From Macrostomum lignano (lineage: Eukaryota): 49,458 nt of DNA. The notes below the pieces were generated by a model that saw only the letters and a list, made by a program, of their open reading frames with translations, did not search any database and was not told the DNA's origin. This document shows, piece by piece, positions 35,001 to 48,088 of this stretch. The position numbers and the translations under genes are program-made. The stretch is from the NCBI GenBank assembly GCA_002269645.1, contig NIVC01004344.1, forward strand, positions 1 through 49,458, given 5' to 3'. The stretch's first letter is position 1. The number at the start of each line of letters is the position of its first letter.

Positions 35001-38000
35001 TTAGTTTTCCAAGTGCAGTAATCCTTGGTTTATTAGGAGCAATAATCCTTGGCTTATCGAGTGCAGTAGTCCTTGGTTTATTAATAGCAATAATCATTGA
35101 ATAATCCAGTGCAATAATCCTTGGTTTATCAAGTGCAATAATCCTTGGTTTATCAAGTGCAGTATTCCTTGGCCTATCAAGTGCAATAATCCTTGGTTTA
35201 TCAAGTGCAATAATCCTTGGTTTATTAAGTGCAATAATCCTTGGTTTATCAAGTGCAATAATCCTTGGTTTATCTAGCGCAATAATCCTTGGCTTATCAA
35301 GTGCAATAATCCTTGGTTTATCAAGTGCAGTAATCCTGGGCCTATCAAGTGCAATAATCCTTGGTTTATCAAATGAAATAATCCTTGGTTTATCAAGTGC
35401 AATAAGTCTTGGTTTATCAAGTGAAATAATCCTTGGTTTATCAAGTGCAATAATCCTTGGTTTATTAAGAGCAATAATCCTTGGCTTATCGAGTGCAGTA
35501 ATCCTTGGTTTATCAAGTGCAATAATCCTTGGCTTATCAAGTGCAGTAATCCTTGGTTTATCAAGTGCAATAATCCTTGGTTTATCAAGCGCAGTAATCC
35601 TTGGCCTATCAAGTGCAATAATCCTTGGCTTATCAAGTGCAATAATCCTTGGTTTATCGAGTGCAGTAATCCTTAGTTTTCCAAGTGCAGTAATCCTTGG
35701 TTTATTAAGAGCAATAATCCTTGTCTTATCGAGTGCAGTAGTCCTTGGTTTATTAATAGCAATAATCCTTGAATAATCCAGTGCATTAATCCTTGGCTTA
35801 TCAAGTGCAACATTCTTTACTATCAAGTGCAATAATCCATGGCTTATCAAGCGCTGTAATCCTTGGCTTATCAAGTGCAATAATCCTTGGTTTATCAAGT
35901 GCAATAATCCTTGGTTTATCAAGCGCAGTAATCCTTGGTTTATCAAGTGCAGTAATCCTTGGCTTATCAAGTGCAATAATCCTTGGTTTATCAAGTGCAA
36001 TAATCCTTGGTTTATCAAGCGCAGTAATCCTTGGCCTATCAAGTGCAATAATCCTTGGCTTATCAAGTGCAATAATCCTTGGTTTATCGAGTGAAGTAAT
36101 CCTTAGTTTTCAAGTGCAGTAATCCTTGGTTTATTAAGAGCAATAATCCTTGGCTTATCAACTGCAAGAATCCTTGGTTTATCAAGTGCAGTAATCCTTG
36201 GCTTATCAAGTGCAATAATCCTTGGTTTATCAAGTGCAGTAATCCTTGGCCTATCAAGTGCAATAATCCTTGGTTTATCAAATGAAATAATCCTTGGTTT
36301 ATCAAGTGCAATAGTCCTTGGCTTATCAACTGCAATAATCCTTGGTTTATCAAGTGCAATAATCCTTGGTTTATCAAGCGCAGTAATCCTTGGCTAATCA
36401 AGTGCAAAAATCCTTGGTTTATCAAGTGCAAAAGTTGTTTATCAAGTGCAATAATCCTTGGTTTATCAAGTGCAATAATCCTTGGTTTATCAAGCGCAGT
36501 AATCCTTGGTTTATCAAGTGCAGTAATCCTTGGCTTATCAAGTGCAGTAATCCTTGGTTTATCAAGTGCAGTAATCCTTGGCCTATCAAGTGCAGTAATC
36601 CTTGGTTTATCAAATGAAATAATCCTTGGTTTATCAAGTGCAATAATCCTTGGCTTATCAACTGCAATAATCCTTGGTTTATCAAGTGCAATAATCCTTG
36701 GTTTATCAAGCGCAGTAATCCTTGGCTTATCAAGTGCAATAATCCTTGGTTTATCAAGTGCAAAAGTTGTTTATCAAGTGCAATAATCCTTGGTTTATCA
36801 AGTGCAATAATCCTTGGTTTAACAAACGCAGTAATCCTTGGCTTATCAAGTGCAATAATCCTTGGTTTATCAAGAGCAAAAGTTGTTTATCAAGTGCAGT
36901 AATCCTTGGTTTATCAAGTGAAATAATCCTTGGTTTATCAAGTGCAATAATCCTTGGTTTATTAAGAGCAATAATCCTTGGCTTATCGAGTGCAGTAATC
37001 CTTGGTTTATCAAGTGCAATAATCCTTGGCCTTTCAAGTGCAATAATCCTTGGCTTATCAAGTGCAATAATCCTTGGTTTATCGAGTGCAGTAATCCTTA
37101 GTTTTCCAAGTGCAGTAATCCTTGGTTTATTAAGAGCAATAATCCTTGGCTTATCGAGTGCAGTAGTCCTTGGTTTATTAATAGCAATAATCCTTGAATA
37201 ATCCAGTGCATTAATCCTTGGCTTATCAAGTGCAACATTCTTTACTATCAAGTGCAATAATCCTTGGTTTATCAAGCGCAGTAATCCTTGGCCTATCAAG
37301 TGCAATAATCCTTGGCTTATCAAGTGCAATAATCCTTGGTTTATCGAGTGCAGTAATCCTTAGTTTTCCAAGTGCAGTAATCCTTGGTTTATTAAGAGCA
37401 ATAATCCTTGGCTTGTCGAGTGCAGTAGTCCTTGGTTTATTAATAGCAATAATCCTTGAATAATCCAGTGCATTAATCCTTGGCTTATCAAGTGCAACAT
37501 TCTTTACTATCAAGTGCAATAATCCATGGCTTATCAAGCGCTGTAATCCTTGGCTTATCAAGTGCAATAATCCTTGGTTTATCAAGTGCAATAATCCTTG
37601 GCTTATCAAGTGCAATAATCCTTGGTTTATCAAGTGCAATAATCCTTGGCTTATCAAGTGCAATAATCCTTGTTTTATCAAGTGCAATAATCCTTGGTTT
37701 ATCAAGCGCAGTAATCCTTGGCCTATCAAGTGCAGTAATCCTTGGCTTATCAAGTGCAATAATCCTTGGTTTATCAAGTGCAGTAATCCTTGGCCTATCA
37801 AGTGCAATAATCCTTGGTTTATCAAATGAAATAATCCTTGGTTTATCAAGTGCAATAATCCTTGGCTTATCAACTGCAATAATCCTTGGTTTATCAAGTG
37901 CAATAATCCTTGGTTTATCAAGCGCAGTAATCCTTGGCTTATCAAGTGCAATAATCCTTGGTTTATCAAGTGCAAAAGTTGTTTATCAAGTGCAATAATC

Positions 38001-41000
38001 CTTGGTTTATCAAGTGAAATAATCCTTGGTTTATCAAGTGCAATAATCCTTGGTTTATTAAGAGCAATAATCCTTGGCTTATCGAGTGCAGTAATCCTTG
38101 GCTTATCAAGTGCAATAATCCTTGGCTTATCAAGTGCAATAATCGTTGGTTTATCAAGTGCAATAATCCTTGGTTTATCAAGCGCAGTAATCCTTGGCCT
38201 TTCAAGTGCAATAATCCTTGGCTTATCAAGTGCAATAATCCTTGGTTTATCGAGTGCAGTAATCCTTAGTTTTCCAAGTGCAGTAATCCTTGGTTTATTA
38301 AGAGCAATAATCCTTGGCTTATCGAGTGCAGTAGTCCTTGGTTTATTAATAGCAATAATCCTTGAATAATCCAGTGCATTAATCCTTGGCTTATCAAGTG
38401 CAACATTCTTTATTATCAAGTGCAATAATCCATGGCTTATCAAGCGCTGTAATCCTTGGCTTATCAAGTGCAATAATCCTTGGTTTATCAAGTGCAATAA
38501 TCCTTGGCTTTTCAAGTGCAATAATCCTTGGTTTATCAAGTGCAATAATCCTTGGCTTATCAAGTGCAATAATCCTTGGTTTATCAAGTGCAATAATCCT
38601 TGGTTTATCAAGCGCAGTAATCCTTGGCCTATCAAGTGCAATAATCCTTGGATTATCAAGTGCAATAATCCTTGGTTTATCGAGTGCAGTAATCCTTAGT
38701 TTTCCAAGTGCAGTAATCCTTGGTTTATTAAGAGCAATAATCCTTGGCTTATCGAGTGCAGTAATCCTTGGTTTATCAAGTGAAATAATCCTTGGCTTAT
38801 CAAGTGCAATAATCCTTGGTTTATCAAGTGAAATAATCCTTGGTTTATCAAGTGCAATAATCCTTGGCTTATCAAGTGCTATAATCCTTGGTTTATCAAG
38901 TGCAATAATCCTTGGTTTATCAAGCGCAGTAATCCTTGGCCTATCAAGTGCAATAATCCTTGGCTTATCGAGTGCAATAATCCTTGGTTTATCAAGTGAA
39001 ATAATCCTTGGCTTATCAAGTGCAATAATCCTTGGTTTATCAAGTGAAATAATCCTTGGTTTATCAAGTGCAATAATCCTTGGCTTATCAACTGCAATAA
39101 TCCTTGGTTTATCAAGTGCAATAATCCTTGGTTTATCAAGCGCAGTAATCCTTGGCCTATCAAGTGCAATAATCCTTGGCTTATCAAGTGCAATAATCCT
39201 TGGTTTATCGAGTGCAGTAATCCTTAGTTTTCCAAGTGCAGTAATCCTTGGTTTATTAAGAGCAATAATCCTTGGCTTATCGAGTGCAGTAATCCTTGGT
39301 TTATCAAGTGAAATAATCCTTGGCTTATCGAGTGCAGTAATCCTTGGTTTATCAAGTGAAATAATCCTTGGCTTATCAAGTGCAATAATCCTTGGCTTAT
39401 CAAGTGCAATAATCCTTGGTTTATCAAGTGCAATAATCCTTGGTTTATCAAGCGCAGTAATCCTTGGCCTATCAAGTGCAGTAATCCTTGGCTTATCAAG
39501 TGCAATAATCCTTGGTTTATCAAGTGCAGTAATCCTTGGCCTATCAAGTGCAATAATCCTTGGTTTATCAAATGAAATAATCCTTGGTTTATCAAGTGCA
39601 ATAATCCTTGGCTTATCAACTGCAATAATCCTTGGTTTATCAAGTGCAATAATCCTTGGTTTATCAAGCGCAGTAATCCTTGGCTTATCAAGTGCAATAA
39701 TCCTTGGTTTATCAAGTGCAAAAGTTGTTTATCAAGTGCAATAATCCTTGGTTTATCAAGTGCAATAATCCTTGGTTTATCAAGCGCAGTAATCCTTGGC
39801 TTATCAAGTGCAATAATCCTTGGTTTATCAAGTGCAAAAGTAGTTTATCAAGTGCAATAATCCTTGGTTTATCAAGTGAAATAATCCTTGGTTTATCAAG
39901 TGCAATAATCCTTGGTTTATTAAGAGCAATAATCCTTGGCTTATCGAGTGCAGTAATCCTTGGTTTATCAAGTGCAATAATCCTTGGCTTATCAAGTGCA
40001 ATAATCCTTGGTTTATCAAGTGCAATAATCCTTGGTTTATCAAGCGCAGTAATCCTTGGCCTTTCAAGTGCAATAATCCTTGGCTTATCAAGTACAATAA
40101 TCCTTGGTTTATCGAGTGCAGTAATCCTTAGTTTTCCAAGTGCAGTAATCCTTGGTTTATTAAGAGCAATAATCCTTGGCTTGTCGAGTGCAGTAGTCCT
40201 TGGTTTATTAATAGCAATAATCCTTGAATAATCCAGTGCATTAATCCTTGGCTTATCAAGTGCAACATTCTTTATTATCAAGTGCAATAATCCATGGCTT
40301 ATCAAGCGCTGTAATCCTTGGCTTATCAAGTGCAATAATCCTTGGTTTATCAAGTGCAATAATCCTTGGCTTTTCAAGTGCAATAATCCTTGGCTTATCA
40401 AGTGCAATAATCCTTGGTTTATCAAGCGCAGTAATCCTTGGCCTATCAAGTGCAATAATCCTTGGCTTATCAAGTGCAATAATCCTTGGTTTATCGAGTG
40501 CAGTAATCCTTAGTTTTCCAAGTGCAGTAATCCTTGGTTTATTAAGAGCAATAATCCTTGGCTTATCGAGTGCAGTAATCCTTGGTTTATCAAGTGAAAT
40601 AATCCTTGGCTTATCAAGTGCAATAATCCTTGGTTTATCAAGTGAAATAATCCTTGGTTTATCAAGTGCAATAATCCTTGGCTTATTAAGTGCAATAATC
40701 CTTGTTTTATCAAGTGCAATAATCCTTGGTTTATCAAGCGCAGTAATCCTTGGCCTATCAAGTGCAATAATCCTTGGCTTATCAAGTGCAATAATCCTTG
40801 GTTTATCGAGTGCAGTAATCCTTAGTTTTCCAAGTGCAGTAGTCCTTGGTTTATTAATAGCAATAATCCTTGAATAATCCAGTGCATTAATCCTTGGCTT
40901 ATCAAGTGCAACATTCTTTACTATCAAGTGCAATAATCCTTGGTTTATCAAGCGCAGTAATCCTTGGCTTATCAAGTGCAATAATCCTTGGTTTATCAAG

Positions 41001-41106
41001 CGCAGTAATCTTTGGCCTATCAAGTGCAATAATCCTTGGTTTATCGAGTGCAGTAATCCTTGGTTTTTCAAGTGCAATAATCCTTGGCTTATCGAGTGCA
41101 GTAATC
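26081..41106. repeat. 24-bp satellite (AGTGCAATAATCCTTGGTTTATCA)n, ~625 copies, with higher-order repeats
   Basis: Continuous 15 kb array. Diagnostic variant blocks recur at ~2883 and ~3001 bp offsets. Confidence 0.98.
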
Positions 41107-41145
41107 TAAGTGTTTTTATTTAGTCCTTTAATAAAACCTTTTAAT

Positions 41146-41235
41146 AAAAAATTTTACACTACTACTTTTAAACTACTTAGATTCGAACCTAGGTCGCTGC
41201 ATTAGCAGTCTGGTCTGTTCAGCTCTAGGCTAGCT
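41146..41235 (-). pseudogene. tRNA-Ser(GCT)-like A/B-box module, unit 2
   Basis: - strand TAGCCTAGAG, GACTGCTAAT (as in the tRNA-Ser GCU anticodon loop), CTAGG-TTCGAAT-CTAAG, then T6. Confidence 0.6.
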
Positions 41236-42369
41236 CTCATCGAAGTTATCAGTGATGTTGTACCACTTATATAATTCAACACTCACACCAAGTCAGGTAG
41301 AGTAAAAAGTCTCACGAAGCAGTTATGACATAATCAATTTCTTAGGCAAGTCAGTACCAGTGTCTATGAAAGTTTACAATATGGTTACGTAATATAAATT
41401 CAGTACTGCGCTATGCTTTCACACTCAAAGCTGTGACGCAATTCAATTGAGTGTCAAATTCAGCCAGTACACAGACGATAAATAAAGTGTATTGTGATGC
41501 AATCTATTTCAGAATCAGAATTCAACCAGTGAGTTTTTCTGCTAGCATTCTTACAATGCATTTCAAGTCGAAAGAGCTGCTTGACCTTTGCAAAAAAGCA
41601 TGTTTTTCGAATATTTAATCCCTTTAATATTGAGCAATTTCTTAGCCAAGATGCATGTACCGTCACGGAAAAATTTCTGATCGAATGGTGCAAATTCGAA
41701 GAAAATCGGTTGAGCCGTTTTTGCTAAAATCGATCACACACACACACATATACCGACTAAGATGTAGGATGTAAGATAAAATAAAGCAAGTTTTTGTTTA
41801 AGTCAATAACGACTCAAAAAGTTCTGCCATTATGCGTATATAAGCTACTGAGTATAGCGGCTTAATCACTGTTTTTTATACGATTATTGGCTGTATACAA
41901 CACACCAAATCGGAACACAGTATAGCTATCGTAATCGTGGTGATTCTTGACCTTCTCAGTACATTCTCAGTATGATAAAATCTTTGAAAATATTGAGGCT
42001 TCGATAATGGAGAAATGGGGATAGCAGAGGCGTCGCCAACGGAGGGGACAGGGGGACATGTCCCACCAGTAAATGATCTGGGGGGGGGGGCATGCTAATG
42101 CTTTTTCCTCCCCACCCCACCTAGTGACCCGTTAATGCTTTAAAATTGCTTCATTAACTATGAGCTACATTTTTAACAGTTTTTGCTCTTTTAACCCAAG
42201 TAATTGTGTTTTGTGACGAATATAGTCTTCTACTAGCAATCTTCGCCCCCCGTTGGGGGACATCTGGATAGAATCTCTGTTCTCTACAAGTAACAAAAAG
42301 ACAGCCAAATAAAGCCTTCACAAAGACGACAGACAAACTGCTCAAAAAAAATGTAATGCAAAAAGAAAT

Positions 42370-42512
42370 CATCCCCAGATGAAGCATCCCCCAGCAAGCA
42401 TCCCCCAGATTGCAAGCAGATAGCAAGCTATCCCCCAGATAGCAAGCATCCCCCAGATAGGAAGCATCCCCCTCCCGGATAGCAAGCATCCCCAAATAGT
42501 AAGCATCCACCA
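42370..42512. repeat. 18-bp minisatellite in unit 3 (short)
   Basis: About 7 GATAGCAAGCATCCCCCA-type copies. Confidence 0.88.
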
Positions 42513-42609
42513 TACAATAAGAAGCTAGTGCTACAATTTCCTTAGCTCTATAGTGGCTCCTTTAAAATTGGCACGACGCTTACTTTTATGTATGAAATTG
42601 TGTAAATTT

Positions 42610-45390
42610 TATGTTTGACATGGCGGCTCTTCAATGTTCGTCATGGTGGCTCTTTAATGTTCGACATGGTAGCTCTTTTATGTTTGACATGGAGTCACGA
42701 ATATACTTGACATGGTGACTCGTTAATGTTCGACATGGTGGCTCTATAATGTTAGACATGGTGGCTCTTTAATGTTTGACATGGTGGCTCTATAATGTTT
42801 GACATGGAGTCACAAATATGTTAGACATGGTGGCTCTTTAATGTTCGACATGGTGCCGCTTTAATTTTTGACATTATGGCTCTTTAATGTTTGACATGGT
42901 GGCTTTTTTATGTTCGACATGGTGGTTCTCTTATGTTCGACATAGTGGCTCTTTTATGCTTGACATGGTGGCTCTTTACTGTTTGACATGGAGTCACATA
43001 TATGTTTGACATGGTGGCTCTTTTATGTTTGACATGGTGGCTCTTTTATGTTTGACATGGTGGCTCTTTAATGTTCGACATGGTGGCTCTTTTATGTTTG
43101 ACATGGTGGCTCTTCTGTGTTCGACATGGTGGCTCTCTAATGTTTGACATTGCGGCTCCTTAATGCTTGACATGGTGGCTCTTTTTTGTTGGACATGGTG
43201 GTTCTTTTATGTTCGACATGGTGGCTCTTTTATGTTTGACATGGTGGCTCTTTACTGTTTGACATGGAGTCACATATATGTTTGACATGGTGGCTCTTTT
43301 ATGTTTGAAATGGTGGCCTTTTATGTTTGACATGGTGGCTCTTTTATGTTAGACATGGTGGCTCTTTAATGTTCGACATGGTGGCTCTTTAATGTTAGAC
43401 ATGGTGGCTCTTTCATGTTAGACATGGTGGCTCTTTAATGTTAGACATGGTGGCTCTTTAATGTTAGACATGATGGCTCTTTAATGTTTGACATGGTGGC
43501 TCTTTTATGTTCGACATGGTGGCTCTTTTATGTTCGACATGATGGTTCTTTTATGTTAGACATGGTGGCTCTTTTATGCTTGACATGGTGGCTCTTTACT
43601 GTTTGACATGGTTGCTGTTTCAAGTTTGACATGGTGGCTCTTTAATGTTCGACATGGTGGCTCTTTAATGTTTGACATGGTGGCTCTTTAATGTTCGACA
43701 TGGTGGCTCTTTTATGTTTGACATGGTGGCTCTTTTATGTTTGACATGGTGGCTCTTTAATGTTCGACATGGTGGCTCTTTTATGTTCGACATGGTGGCT
43801 CTTTTATGTTCGACATGGTGGCTCTTTTATGTTTGACATGGTGCTCTTTTATGTTTGCTCTTTTATGTTTGACATGATGCTCTTGTCTCTGTTATGTTCG
43901 ACATAGTGGCTCTTGAATGTTAGACATGGTGGCTCTTTAATGTTTGACATGGTGGCTCTTTAATGTTCGACATGGAGTCATATATATGTTTGACATGGTG
44001 GCTCTTTAATGTTTGATAGCATGTATATGTTTTACATGGTGGCTCTTTAATGTTCGACATGGTGGCTCTCTAATGTTTGACATTGCGGCTCCTTAATGCT
44101 TGACATGGTGGCTCTTTTATGTTGGACATGGTGGTTCTTTTATGTTCGACATGGTGGCTCTTTTATGTTTGACATGGTGGCTCTTTACTGTTTGACATGG
44201 AGTCACATATATGTTTGACATGGTGGCTCTTTTATGTTTGAAATGGTGGCCCTTTTATGTTTGACATGGTGGCTCTTTTATGTTAGACATGGTGGCTCTT
44301 TAATGTTCGACATGGTGGCTCTTTAATGTTGGACATTGTGGCTCTTTATTGTTCGAAATTGTGGCTTTTTAATGTTCTACATTGTGGCTCTTTAATGTTC
44401 TACATATTGTGGCTCTTTAATTTTCGACATGGTGGCTCTTTAATGTTTGACATTGTGGCTCTTTAATGTTCTACATTGTGGCTCTTTATTGTTTGACATG
44501 ATGGCTTTTTAATGTTTGACATCATGGCTCTTTAATGTTCTACATTGTGGCTCTTTAATGTTCTACATTGTGGCTCTTTAATGTTCTACATTGTGGCTCT
44601 TTAACGTTCGACAGGGTGGCTCTTAATGTTTGACATTAAGTCACGTATAGTGTTAGACATGGGGTCATGTATATATTTGGCATGGAGTCACATATATGCT
44701 TTACATGGTGGCTCTTTAATGTTTGACATGTTGGCTCTTTAATGTGTGACATAGTGGCTCTTTAATGTTTGACATGGTGGCTCATGTTTGACATGATGGC
44801 TCTTTAATGTTTGACATGGTGGCTCTTTTATGTTTGACATGGAGTCACGTAATATATTTGACATGGAGTCACATATATGTTTGACATGTTGGCTCTTTAA
44901 TGTGTGACATAGTGGCTCTTTAATGTTTGACATGGAGTCATGTATATATTTGTGTGACATGGAGTCACGTATATGTTTGACATGGTGGCTCTTTAATTTT
45001 TGACATAGTGGCTCTTTAATGTTTGACATAGTGGCTCTTAATTTTTGACATAGTGGCTCTTTAATGTTTGACATGGTTGCTCCTTACCATATGACATGGT
45101 GGCTCTTTAATGTTTGACATGGAGTCACGTATGTGTTTGATATGTAGTCACGTATATGTTTGACATGGAGTCACATATATGTTTGACATGGTGGCTCTTT
45201 TATGCTTGACATGGAGTCACGTATATGTTTGATATGTAGTCAGGTATATGTTTGACATGGAGTCACATATATGTTTGACATGGTGGCTCTTTTATGCTTG
45301 ACATGGTGGCTCTTTTATGTTCGACATGGTGGCTCTTTAATGTTCAACATGATGGCTCTTCTATGTTTGACATTGTGCTTCTTTTATGTG
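42610..45390. repeat. 23-bp minisatellite in unit 3
   Basis: About 120 copies, including CATGGAGTCAC and TTCTACATTGTGG variants. Block duplication ~43135 vs ~44067. Confidence 0.95.
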
Positions 45391-45421
45391 TAGCAGTTTT
45401 GTGTTTTTAATGTGTTTTAAT

Positions 45422-45500
45422 AAAAAAATCTTTTTGCACTACTAAGATTCGAACCCAGGTCACTACATTAGCATCCCAGTCTGTTCGCATCTGGGCTATC
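45422..45500 (-). pseudogene. tRNA-derived A/B-box module, unit 3
   Basis: - strand TAGCCCAGATG ... GGTTCGAATC ... T7. Confidence 0.6.
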
Positions 45501-46119
45501 TATTTTCATTTGGAGAACATGAATTGTGGCCCTTATAATTCAATTCTTACAGCAAGTCAATTGAAGTAGAAAGTTGTGACATAATCAATTTCTCAGTCAG
45601 CCAGTATCAGTCTCAATTCAAGTTAGCAATATGGTTACGCAATTTCAATCAAGTCTTGTGTGCGTTTCTGTGGCACTGTTTTCAACTTGTTGTGATGCAA
45701 TCTTTATCACGATCGTAATTCAGCCAGTCAGTTTTTTCTCTAGCATTCTTACAATGCATTTCAAGTAAAAAATTTGGCTTGACCTTTGCAAAAAAGCATG
45801 TTTTTCGAATATTTAATCCCTTTAACATTGAGCAATTTCTTAGCCAAGATGCATGTACCGTCCCAGGAAAATTTCTGATCGAATGGTGCAAGTTTGAAGA
45901 AAATCGGTTGAGCCATTTTTTCTGAAATCTATCGCATAGCTAATTAGTTACAGACATTTCATTTTTAGTATATAGGACTAGCAATCTTCGCCCCCCGATG
46001 GGGGACATCTGGAAAGAACTTCTGTTCTCTACAAGTAACAAAAAGACAGCCAAATAGAGTCTTCACAAAGACAGCAGAAAAACTGCTCAAATGAAGCGCA
46101 ATGCAAAAAGAAAACATCC

Positions 46120-46355
46120 CAAAACAGCAAGCATCCCCCCTCCCCCCCAGATAGCAAGCACCCCAGATAGCAAGCACCCCAGATAGCAAGCACCCCCAGA
46201 TAGCAAGCACCCCAGATAGCAAGCACCCCAGATAGCAAGCACTCCCAGATAGCAAGCACCCCCAGATAGCAAGCATCCCTCAGATAGCAAGCACCCCAGA
46301 TAGAAAGAACCCCCAGATAGCAAGTATCTATCCTTAAATAGCAAGCATCCACCAG
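46120..46355. repeat. 16-18-bp minisatellite in unit 4
   Basis: GATAGCAAGCACCCCA-type copies. Confidence 0.88.
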
Positions 46356-46449
46356 ACAAAAGTATATAGTGCAACATTTCCTTTTAGCTTTCTAGGGGCT
46401 CCTTATGATTGTCATGACGCTTCTTATTACGTTTGAAAATGTCTCTCCT

Positions 46450-48050
46450 GTGTTTGAAATGGTGACTTTTTTATGTTTGAATTGGTGGCTTTTTAATGTT
46501 CTACATCGTGGCTTTAATGTTTTAATGTTTGAATCTTGCCAGTTTTATGTCTGTCATGGTGGCTCCTTACTGTTAGAACGGTGGTGGCTCTTTAATGTTT
46601 GACATGGAGTCACATATAATGTTTCACATGGTGGCTCTTCTATGTCTAACTTGGTAGCTCTTTTATGTTTGACATCGTGGCTCGTTAATGTTCTACATTG
46701 TGGCTTCTTTAATGTTCTACATGGTGGCTCTTAGTGTTTACATGGTGGCTCTATAATGTTCTACATTGTGGCTCTTTAATGTTCTACATATGTGGCTCTT
46801 TAACGTTCGACATGCGGTGGCTCCTTTAATGTTTGGCATGCGAGTCACGTATATGGTGGCTCTTTAATGTTTGACATAGTGGCTCTTAATTTTTGACATG
46901 GTGGCTCTTTAATGTTTGACATGGAGTCACGTATGTGTTTGACATGGAGTCACGTATATGTTAGACATGGTGGCTCTTTAATGTTTGACATGGTGGCCTT
47001 TAATGTTCGACATGGCTCTTTATTGTTCGAAATGTGGCTCTTTAATGCTCTACATTGTGCTCTTTAATGTTCTACATGGTAGCTCTTTAATGCCTGACAT
47101 GGCTCTTTAATGCTCTACATATTGTGGCTCTTTAATCTTCGACATGGTGGCTCTTTATTGTTTGACATGATGACTCTTTAATGTTTGACGTGGTGGCTCG
47201 TTAATGCTACATTGTGGCTCTTTATTGTTTGACATGATGGCTTTATAATGTTTGACATCATGGCTCTTTAATGTTCTACATTGTGGCTCTTTAATGTTCT
47301 ACATGGTGGCTCTTTAATGCTTGACATTGTGGCTCTTTAATGTTCTACATATTTTGGCTCTTAATGTTTGACATTGTGGCTCTTTAATGTTCTACATGTG
47401 GCTCTTTAATGTTCTACATTGTAGCTCTTTAATGTTCTACATGGTGGCTCTTTAATGTTCTACATTGTGGCTCTTTATTGTTTGACATGAGGCTCTTTGA
47501 TGTTTGACATGGAGTCACGTATGTGTTAGACATGGAGTCATGTATATATTTGGCATGGAGTCACATATATGCTTTACATGGTGGCTCTTTAATGTTTGAC
47601 ATGTTGGCTCTTTAATTTTTGACATGGTGGCTCTTTAATGTTTGACATGGTGGCTCTTTTATGCTTGACATGGAGTCACGTATATGTTTGACATGGTGGT
47701 CTTTAATGTTTGACATGGTGGCTCTTTATGTTCGACATGGTGGCTCTTTTATGCTTCACATGGTGCTCTTTTATGCTTGACATGGTGGCTCTTTAATGTT
47801 TGATATGGTGGCTCTTTAGTGTTTTACATGGTGGCTCTTTAATGTTCGACATAGTGGCTCTTAATTTCAACATGGTGGCTCTTTAATTTTCGAAATGGGC
47901 TGTTTTATGTTTGACAAGGTGGCTCTTTAATGTTTGACATGGTGGCTCTTTAATTTTTAACATGGTAACTATTTATGTTCGATATGGTGGCTCTTTATAT
48001 TCGACATGGTGGTTTAGGTTTGACATGGTGGCTCTTCTATTGCGCTTTTT
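46450..48050. repeat. 23-bp minisatellite in unit 4
   Basis: About 70 diverged copies. Confidence 0.93.
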
Positions 48051-48088
48051 TTATGTTAGCAGTTTTTTTTTGTTTTTAAGGTTTTAAT

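Larger units (their letters stand above)
25260..41769 (-). mobile_element. Non-autonomous Helitron-like unit 2 (divergent subfamily, ~16.5 kb because of the satellite)
   Basis: - strand 5' A|TCCTACATC at 41769 with (TG)n and the same conserved GGCTCAACCGATTTTCTTC block. 3' GC hairpin and CTAG joined directly to the TC of unit 1. Confidence 0.72.
42233..45977 (-). mobile_element. Non-autonomous Helitron-like unit 3
   Basis: Same termini as unit 1: 5' TCCTATATAC, 3' hairpin plus CTAG|T. Same module order. Confidence 0.8.

Noticed and set aside
18310-41106. Regularly spaced repeats as a CRISPR-like array
   Set aside because: Monomers are contiguous with no unique spacers, there are no cas genes, and the context is eukaryotic.
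26079-41109. Dozens of long ORFs on both strands (LSSAIILG, DKPRIIAL, HLINQGLL, IKCNNPWF repeats; up to 576 aa)
   Set aside because: Products of a 24-bp (8-codon) satellite that is stop-free in several frames. No unique flanking coding sequence, and frames switch at single-base indels.
42025-42150. GC-rich CAGAGGCGTCGCC...GGGACATGTCCC...G11 segment resembling a hAT-MITE end
   Set aside because: No partner inverted end or TSD found in the window.
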